Origin: a virus | Lineage: Duplodnaviria; Heunggongvirae; Uroviricota; Caudoviricetes | Direction: 5' to 3' (one strand) | IMG/VR virus record: IMGVR_UViG_3300030379_000187 | Length of the DNA stretch: 4,160 bases | Shown: positions 1 through 4,160 of the stretch, in pieces | How the letters are laid out: each line of letters begins with the position of its first letter | Position numbering within the stretch: the stretch's first letter is position 1 | Translations under genes and position numbers: made by a program | The notes under the pieces: model-generated | What the model was told of the DNA's origin: nothing | Databases searched by the model: none | Seen by the model: the letters and a program-made list of their open reading frames with translations, nothing else

Positions 1-205
1 CGTCAAAACGACTGGCGATATCGGCTTTGGAAAACACCAGCACCTGTTCACCAAATTCAGCCATGTACTGATTCCGTGTCTTATCTTCATCATCAACAAC
101 GATAAAAATTTTCCCGGTATAGCCAGCACGACGCAACGTCCGGTAAGTCAGAACTTTGTCCGGTCGCCCGTGAGTCAGAATAAAGGCGCAAAAATCATCA
201 CGCAT
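1..205 (-). CDS. Hypothetical phage protein, 5' end only (first ~68 codons; ORF continues past the window start)
   Basis: Minus-strand ATG at 205-203 preceded by a strong SD (GGAGGAGGA, + strand 209-217). The frame stays open to position 1, giving MRDDFCAFILTHGRPDKVLTYRTLRRAGYTGKIFIVVDDEDKTRNQYMAEFGEQVLVFSKADIASRFD... The ATG overlaps the TGA stop (200-198) of the upstream ORF as ATGCGTGA. Absent from the ORF track only because it has no stop inside the window. Function not recognised. Confidence 0.55.
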   Translation of the reverse strand, partial: MRDDFCAFILTHGRPDKVLTYRTLRRAGYTGKIFIVVDDEDKTRNQYMAEFGEQVLVFSKADIASRFD

Positions 206-572
206 ATTCCTCCTCCTCACCACCATGCATGATCTCCACCATGCGCTGCGTCATCCGGACAAATCCATTTTCAATAGCCTGCTGATAATCAATGATCACC
301 AGCGCCGACTCCTCGAAAAAACACTGAATTTCAGAGGGGGCGTGAGCGTAATAGTCCGCAATTCTGCTGAAATTAAACACCGTGTGACGTTCTGCCGCAC
401 ACAGGAGGAATTTCTCAATATCAGGCTCAAGGGACGCCGAACGTATCCGGCTGAGTTTTCGTATCGTCGTACAGTTCACTGATATCCGGTTTACCGCCCG
501 ACGGCTCATAAACAGGCGTATCAATTTTCGTCGTATACGGCTCCTCCTCATTTCCTGTACCGGGCAAAACAT
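198..572 (-). CDS. Small ORF of unknown function with uncertain start; possibly a frameshifted remnant or an overlapping gene (by position may correspond to ydaY of Rac)
   Basis: ORF-track frame 198-572. The first ~49 codons overlap the acidic 3' end of the ParB-like gene and translate as an Arg/Ser-rich string typical of out-of-frame reading, so only about 206-426 looks like real coding. No ATG lies between the upstream stop (427) and codon 107; the only in-frame ATGs (572, 551, 509) need an overlap of 83 nt or more, and the alternative is a GTG at 380-378 without a clear SD. Its stop overlaps the start of the next gene, which argues that it is translated. Confidence 0.4.
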   Translation of the reverse strand: MFCPVQEMRRSRIRRKLIRLFMSRRAVNRISVNCTTIRKLSRIRSASLEPDIEKFLLCAAERHTVFNFSRIADYYAHAPSEIQCFFEESALVIIDYQQAIENGFVRMTQRMVEIMHGGEEEEYA

Positions 573-978
573 CCGTCAACAGTTCATCAATTTCTGTCGG
601 GATGAAGCCTGTCAGGGAGACATCAAAATCAGCATTGATTAGGTCCGACAGCTCCATCCGCAACAGATCTTCATCCCAGCCAGCATTCATCGGCAGGCGA
701 TTATCTGCCAGGCGGTACGCCTTTTTCTGCTCATCCGTCAGGCCAGACAGAACAATGACCGGAACAGAATCCATTTTGAGCATTTCAGCCGCCATAACAC
801 GACCGTGACCCGCAATAATTTCGCCCTTTTCGTCAATCAGCACCGGATTAGTCCAGCCGAATTGCTTAATACTTTCTACCAGTTGTGCCACCTGCTCAGG
901 GCTGTGCGTCCTGGCGTTGTGCGCATACGGTGACAATTCTTGTAATGGGCGATAGACTATCTTTAATTTCTCGCTCAT
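427..978 (-). CDS. ParB N-terminal (ParB/sulfiredoxin-like) nuclease domain protein, 183 aa, with an acidic low-complexity C-terminal tail
   Basis: ATG at 978-976 with a weak SD (AAGG, 4 nt upstream). The N-terminal ~95 aa (KIVYRPLQELSPYAHNARTHSPEQVAQLVESIKQFGWTNPVLIDEKGEIIAGHGRVMAAEMLKMDSVPVIVLSGLTDEQKKAYRLADNRL) has the layout of the ParB N-terminal domain. The position just downstream of trkG matches where ynaK sits in Rac, but I assign that name only by recalled synteny. Confidence 0.85.
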   Translation of the reverse strand: MSEKLKIVYRPLQELSPYAHNARTHSPEQVAQLVESIKQFGWTNPVLIDEKGEIIAGHGRVMAAEMLKMDSVPVIVLSGLTDEQKKAYRLADNRLPMNAGWDEDLLRMELSDLINADFDVSLTGFIPTEIDELLTDVLPGTGNEEEPYTTKIDTPVYEPSGGKPDISELYDDTKTQPDTFGVP

Positions 979-990
979 ACAGCCTTGCTT

Positions 991-1029
991 TATGAATAAA
1001 ACGCACCCCAGCAGCCAGTGCTACTGGGG
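991..1029 (-). terminator. Candidate intrinsic terminator downstream of trkG
   Basis: Arms at + 1006-1014 and 1021-1029 form a 9-bp stem that is fully paired only in the minus-strand RNA, where position 1012/1023 becomes a G-U wobble (it is a C-A mismatch in the plus-strand RNA). It is followed on the minus strand by UGCGUUUUAUU. The U-tract is separated from the stem by 4 nt, so this is a weak terminator. Confidence 0.3.
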
Positions 1030-1115
1030 ACGGAGGTGTTGCTGGTAAAGTTAGGTATTGGATCAATGAGTGAGTCAACATAATATTAAACTCACAATTA
1101 TAAATCAGCCATATA

Positions 1116-2573
1116 TTAGGAGCGCCAAAAAAAACCTGAAAACAATATAATAACAGGATAAATTTCAAGGCGACCAAGAATCATAGCTATGCACATTAAA
1201 CATTTTGCAATGTCATTAAGCACTCCGAATGACGATGCAGTAGCCCCAAAACCTAATCCCATATTATTAATACATGCAGCCACTGTTGCAAATGATGTAA
1301 GAAAATCATATCCCATACCATTTAACACCAGTATAAAAAACACCGTGAAGAGAGTATAAAGAAAAAAGAAACTCCATACAGACCTCATTACACGATCTGT
1401 AACTATCTTCCCTCCTACATTTACACTCAACAACGCTCTGGGATGAGAAAGCTGATTTATCTCGTGTTTGCTTTGTTTGAAAAGTATAAGAAATCGAAGT
1501 GACTTAATTCCACCACAAGTTGAACCTATACATCCCCCAAAGAAACTTGACAACAGCAAAAACACTATCGTGTGCGTGGGCCAACTTGCATAATCCTGCG
1601 TAGCTAAACCATTATCAGTGAGCATGGAGCTGGCAAGAAAAAACGAATGAATAAAACTTCCATGCAAGTCATACATACCTATATGCCAGACCTGGAAAGA
1701 GGTAACAATGATCACCCCTAAGGCTATTAACAGAAAGAAACGAAGTTCAATATCTCTGATTAAAGGTTTTATCGTTTTCCTGCTAATAACAATATACCAA
1801 AGAGTGAAGTTGAAAGCCGATAGCAGGGAAAAAGAACCAGCCACCAGCTCAACCAAATAGTTATTAAAATATCCGATACTCTCGCTATGAGTTGAGAAAC
1901 CACCAAGCGAAACTGTGGAAATCCCGTGACAAATAGCATCAAACAAAGGCATTCCTGCAAGTCTATAACAGACAATACAAGCAATACCTAATAAAGAATA
2001 AGTTATCCACAGTGTCCGTGACGTATCGGCCAGGCGGGGAGTGAGTTTGTCATCCTTAAATGGCCCCGGCATTTCTGACTGATAAAGCTTTGCACCACCA
2101 ATACCCAATAATGGCAATACAGCAACCGCCAGAACAATAACTCCTAAACCACCTATAAAATTTAACTGTGACCGATAGTACAAATATGCCCGAGGTAATG
2201 AACTAACATCATCAATTACAGTTGCTCCTGTTGTTGTTATTCCAGAAACCCCTTCAAACAGAGCATCAATGAACGTTAAATTAAGTTCTGAGTCAATCCA
2301 TAAAGGGAATGCACTAATAACAGAAAACAAAATCCAAAACATTACAATTATAATAAACCCATCACGGGTACGTAATTGAATGCCAGATTTCTTAGTTGTA
2401 TACCACGCTCCGCCACCAATGCAAAAAAATATAACGAAAGTTATAAAGAAAACGAACAGGCTTTTTTCTTTATAAAACAATGCTACAACCATTGGTGGCA
2501 ACATTGAAAGACTATAGAGCCAAACCAGGAACCCACACATATGAGTAACAACTCTTACATGAGATGTATTCAT
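1116..2573 (-). CDS. trkG: TrkH/TrkG-family potassium uptake protein, 485 aa from the ATG at 2573; Rac-prophage-type trkG
   Basis: Polytopic membrane protein carrying the four pore-loop glycine motifs of the TrkH/KtrB superfamily (GITTTGATV, TVSLGGFST, MLTDNGLAT, NNMGLGFGA) and aligning with recalled E. coli TrkH along its length. The sequence from MNTSHVRVV onward matches my recollection of TrkG. The ORF-track start at 2591 is a TTG; the ATG at 2573-2571 gives the expected 485 aa. The gene is visibly AT-rich compared with its neighbours and lies directly downstream of Rz/Rz1, as trkG does in Rac. Confidence 0.9.
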   Translation of the reverse strand: MNTSHVRVVTHMCGFLVWLYSLSMLPPMVVALFYKEKSLFVFFITFVIFFCIGGGAWYTTKKSGIQLRTRDGFIIIVMFWILFSVISAFPLWIDSELNLTFIDALFEGVSGITTTGATVIDDVSSLPRAYLYYRSQLNFIGGLGVIVLAVAVLPLLGIGGAKLYQSEMPGPFKDDKLTPRLADTSRTLWITYSLLGIACIVCYRLAGMPLFDAICHGISTVSLGGFSTHSESIGYFNNYLVELVAGSFSLLSAFNFTLWYIVISRKTIKPLIRDIELRFFLLIALGVIIVTSFQVWHIGMYDLHGSFIHSFFLASSMLTDNGLATQDYASWPTHTIVFLLLSSFFGGCIGSTCGGIKSLRFLILFKQSKHEINQLSHPRALLSVNVGGKIVTDRVMRSVWSFFFLYTLFTVFFILVLNGMGYDFLTSFATVAACINNMGLGFGATASSFGVLNDIAKCLMCIAMILGRLEIYPVIILFSGFFWRS

Positions 2574-2710
2574 ATCTAAATATTCTTTCAATTATAACCA
2601 CCTTGCTGCAATATTATGATTATACTGTATAAAATTTAACTCCTCTTAGATCTTACTTCACTGTTCCTTATGAAACAATCATCAAAATGAATCATATTGT
2701 AGTTAAGATT
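2574..2710 (-). promoter_or_regulatory. AT-rich intergenic region upstream of trkG; probable autonomous promoter region (no precise -35/-10 assigned)
   Basis: 137-bp very AT-rich spacer between the Rz stop and the trkG start. The minus strand has two TATAAT hexamers (complement of + 2617-2622 and 2592-2597), but neither has a convincing -35 at 17 bp. The trkG SD is weak (GAAAGAA). Confidence 0.3.
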
Positions 2711-3175
2711 TTACTTTAAACACTGCTCGGTTATGTATTGCTGAGCACCTTCAAGTTGGGCCTGCATCATTACCAGTCGTTCCCGGAGGGTGAAATAATC
2801 CCGTTCAGCGGTGTCTGCCAGTCGGGGGGAGGCTGCATTATCCACGCCGGAGGCGGTGGTGGCTTCACGCACTGACTGACAGACTGCTTTGATGTGCAAC
2901 CGACGACGACCAGCGGCAACATCATCACGCAGAGCATCATTTTCAGCTTTCGCATCAGCTAACTCCTTCGTGTATTTTGCATCGAGCGCAGCAACATCAC
3001 GCTGACGCATCTGCATGTCAGTAATTGCCGCGTTCGCCAGCTTCAGTTCTCTGGCATTTTTGTCGCGCTGGGCTTTGTAGGTAATGGCGTTATCACGGTA
3101 ATGATTAACAGCCCATGACAGGCAGACGATGATGCAGATAACCAGAGCGGAGATAATCGCGGTTACTCTGTTCAT
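2711..3175 (-). CDS. Rz: Rz-type i-spanin (inner-membrane spanin subunit), 154 aa from the ATG at 3175
   Basis: N-terminal TM anchor ([20 protein letters not shown]) followed by a charged, coiled-coil-like periplasmic domain, and an Rz1 ORF embedded in the +1 frame. The ATG at 3175-3173 overlaps the endolysin TGA (3174-3172) as ATGA, with GGGG 6 nt upstream. The ORF-track start at 3187 is a GTG and is less likely. Confidence 0.85.
   Translation of the reverse strand: MNRVTAIISALVICIIVCLSWAVNHYRDNAITYKAQRDKNARELKLANAAITDMQMRQRDVAALDAKYTKELADAKAENDALRDDVAAGRRRLHIKAVCQSVREATTASGVDNAASPRLADTAERDYFTLRERLVMMQAQLEGAQQYITEQCLK
2770..2955 (-). CDS. Rz1: Rz1-type o-spanin, outer-membrane lipoprotein, 61 aa, embedded out of frame within Rz
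   Basis: ATG at 2955-2953 with a near-consensus SD (AAGGAG, 7 nt upstream). Signal peptide plus lipobox ([19 protein letters not shown]|C) and a proline-rich mature part ([16 protein letters not shown]). Lies wholly inside the Rz ORF in a different frame, the classic Rz/Rz1 arrangement. Confidence 0.85.
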   Translation of the reverse strand: MRKLKMMLCVMMLPLVVVGCTSKQSVSQCVKPPPPPAWIMQPPPDWQTPLNGIISPSGNDW

Positions 3176-3669
3176 TGCTGACCCCACAAACAGATTTCAC
3201 GCTCAATCTCACGACGAGTCATGAGACCTTTCCATTGCTTACCGCCAGCATATGTCCAGCGACGTAGCTGATCACATGCGCCTTTGATATCGCCCTGGTT
3301 TATTTTGCGAAGAAGCGTCGATGTTCTGAAATTGCCAGCACCCACGTTGTAAACGAATGAGTAAAGAGCGCCGCGCATTGTTTCCGGTATATCGACTTTG
3401 ATGTACGGGTTAATTTGTCTGGCGACCGTGGCAAGGTCTTTATTCAAGAGTGTTTTGCATTCTGCTTTGGTATACGTTTTACCGAGCATGATGTCTTTTC
3501 CTGTATGCCCGTGACATACAGTCCATACACCAACAATATCTTTGTATGGTATGTAGCTGACACCTTCCAGACCATCGTTACCACTTGGGCCAGTGATTAA
3601 CACTGATGCTATAGCAATTGCTCCGCCACCAATAGCAGCAGCAACGGCTTTTCGTAATGATGGAGGCAT
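3172..3669 (-). CDS. R: SAR endolysin (phage-21 R-type lysozyme with N-terminal signal-anchor-release domain), 165 aa
   Basis: N-terminal Gly/Ala-rich weakly hydrophobic segment ([20 protein letters not shown]) typical of a SAR domain, then a lysozyme domain with Glu35, Asp44 and Thr50 at the catalytic-triad positions of the phage 21 endolysin. Near-identical to my recollection of phage 21 R and E. coli prophage lysozymes RrrD/RrrQ. The ATG at 3669-3667 overlaps the holin stop (TAATG), with GAGAGG upstream. Confidence 0.93.
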   Translation of the reverse strand: MPPSLRKAVAAAIGGGAIAIASVLITGPSGNDGLEGVSYIPYKDIVGVWTVCHGHTGKDIMLGKTYTKAECKTLLNKDLATVARQINPYIKVDIPETMRGALYSFVYNVGAGNFRTSTLLRKINQGDIKGACDQLRRWTYAGGKQWKGLMTRREIEREICLWGQQ

Positions 3670-3884
3670 TATTCACCTCTCGCAGCCTTGCGCTTATCTT
3701 CTTTAATCTTGAAATAAAGGTTTGTCAGGTACGTCAGCAGGCCAAATACCAGGCTACCCAGCACACCTATTGCTGCCCACTGTGAGGGCGTGACTTTATC
3801 GAGCAGCTGTAAAAACCAGTAACCGGCACTACCTGCTGAGGTGCCATAGGCGACACCCGTTGTTAACTTATCCATGGATTTCAT
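3669..3884 (-). CDS. S: Class II pinholin (phage-21 S-type), 71 aa, with MKSM dual-start motif (antiholin from Met1, holin from Met4)
   Basis: Two TMDs: a Gly/Ala/Ser-rich TMD1 ([19 protein letters not shown]) and TMD2 ([23 protein letters not shown]), then a basic C-terminal tail ([13 protein letters not shown]). ATG codons at 3884-3882 and 3875-3873 are separated by Lys-Ser, as in S21 71/68. SD GAGGTGGGG lies directly upstream. Closely matches recalled phage 21 S and EssD-type holins. Confidence 0.9.
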
Positions 3885-3996
3885 AACCCCACCTCGCAGA
3901 CAAAGCGGGTGTAAATTGAGGGAATACTACGAAACGTAACAGACTCGGAGTCAGTGAATAACTCAGGTATTGGGTTATCAGCTAATATCGAGACTC

Positions 3997-4029
3997 AAAA
4001 AATGGAAAAACCCGCTCGACGGCGGGTTT
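3997..4029 (-). terminator. tR'-like rho-independent terminator in the late-transcript leader upstream of the lysis genes
   Basis: Minus-strand RNA forms an 8-bp stem (AAACCCGC / GCGGGUUU; + 4008-4015 pairs with 4022-4029) with a 6-nt loop, followed by UUUUUCCAUUUUUU (complement of + 3997-4010). On the plus strand only three T follow the stem, so the orientation matches the lysis genes. It sits about 115-145 bp upstream of the holin start, where lambdoid phages place tR'. Confidence 0.6.
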
Positions 4030-4073
4030 AAGCTGTGTGACGAAGTAACCACTCTTAACAGCATAACCAATTT

Positions 4074-4087
4074 TTTACGTACGTAAA
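4074..4087. repeat. Perfect 14-bp palindrome TTTACGTACGTAAA in the putative late promoter-proximal region
   Basis: Read directly: + 4074-4087 equals its own reverse complement. It lies about 45 bp upstream, in the minus-strand sense, of the tR'-like hairpin. Function unknown. Confidence 0.5.
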
Positions 4088-4160
4088 CCACTAAATGATA
4101 TTTGCGAGAATGCTACCGAGTATTGAAAACACCACTACAAATACATAAGCAAATCTCAAC

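Noticed and set aside
225-482. Plus-strand ORF of 85 aa
   Set aside because: Lies antisense to the minus-strand ORFs at 198-572 and 427-978; no SD, and the composition looks like a shadow frame of the opposite-strand coding sequence.
602-808. Plus-strand ORF of 68 aa (Ser/Arg-rich)
   Set aside because: Completely antisense to the well-supported ParB-like CDS; low-complexity Arg/Ser translation typical of a non-coding frame.
896-1177. Minus-strand ORF of 93 aa spanning the trkG / ParB-like intergenic region
   Set aside because: Overlaps the 3' end of trkG and the 5' end of the ParB-like gene in other frames and covers the intergenic hairpin; there is no independent support for it.
1769-1984. 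Minus-strand ORF of 71 aa inside trkG
   Set aside because: Alternative frame wholly inside the trkG CDS; the hydrophobic translation is a by-product of the membrane-protein codon composition.
2574-2591. TTG start extending trkG by 6 codons (MKEYLD) as on the ORF track
   Set aside because: The ATG at 2573 gives the 485-aa product I recall for TrkG, and ATG is preferred over TTG; the extension adds no recognisable feature.
2574-2710. bor-like lipoprotein gene on the opposite strand downstream of Rz, as in lambda
   Set aside because: No ORF of suitable size on the plus strand here; the position is occupied by the trkG upstream spacer and trkG itself.
3176-3187. GTG start extending Rz by 4 codons as on the ORF track
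   Set aside because: The ATG at 3175 overlaps the endolysin stop in a classic ATGA coupling arrangement and has a G-rich SD at suitable spacing.
3415-3600. Plus-strand ORF of 61 aa
   Set aside because: Antisense to the endolysin CDS, which is strongly supported by catalytic residues and recalled homology.
3885-4160. Possible tRNA genes between the late promoter and the holin, as in some Stx-type lambdoid phages
   Set aside because: No tRNA-like features: no GTTCGA-type T-loop, and no cloverleaf-compatible acceptor stem is apparent in the roughly 270 bp available.
1-4160. CRISPR array, IS element or integron features
   Set aside because: No regularly spaced direct repeats, no terminal inverted repeats flanking a transposase-like ORF, and no integrase or attC-like structure were seen.

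Overview
This 4.16 kb window reads as the late region of a Rac-like lambdoid prophage from an enterobacterium (probably Escherichia coli), with every supportable gene on the minus strand. Going from high to low coordinates: a late-transcript leader with a tR'-like intrinsic terminator (about 3997-4029); a phage-21-type lysis cassette of pinholin with MKSM dual start (3669-3884), SAR endolysin (3172-3669), Rz i-spanin (2711-3175) and embedded Rz1 o-spanin lipoprotein (2770-2955); a visibly AT-rich TrkH-family potassium transporter that I recognise as trkG (1116-2573); a ParB-like nuclease domain protein (427-978); a small out-of-frame ORF with no clean start (198-572); and the 5' end of a further gene that runs off the window (1-205). 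Starts were refined by hand where the ORF track used GTG or TTG. I see no rRNA, tRNA, CRISPR array or IS element. Most of this is a well-understood arrangement rather than a new system. The part I cannot explain, and the best candidate for something undescribed, is the three-ORF cluster at 1-978. All homology statements rest on reading the translations and on recall, not on any search.
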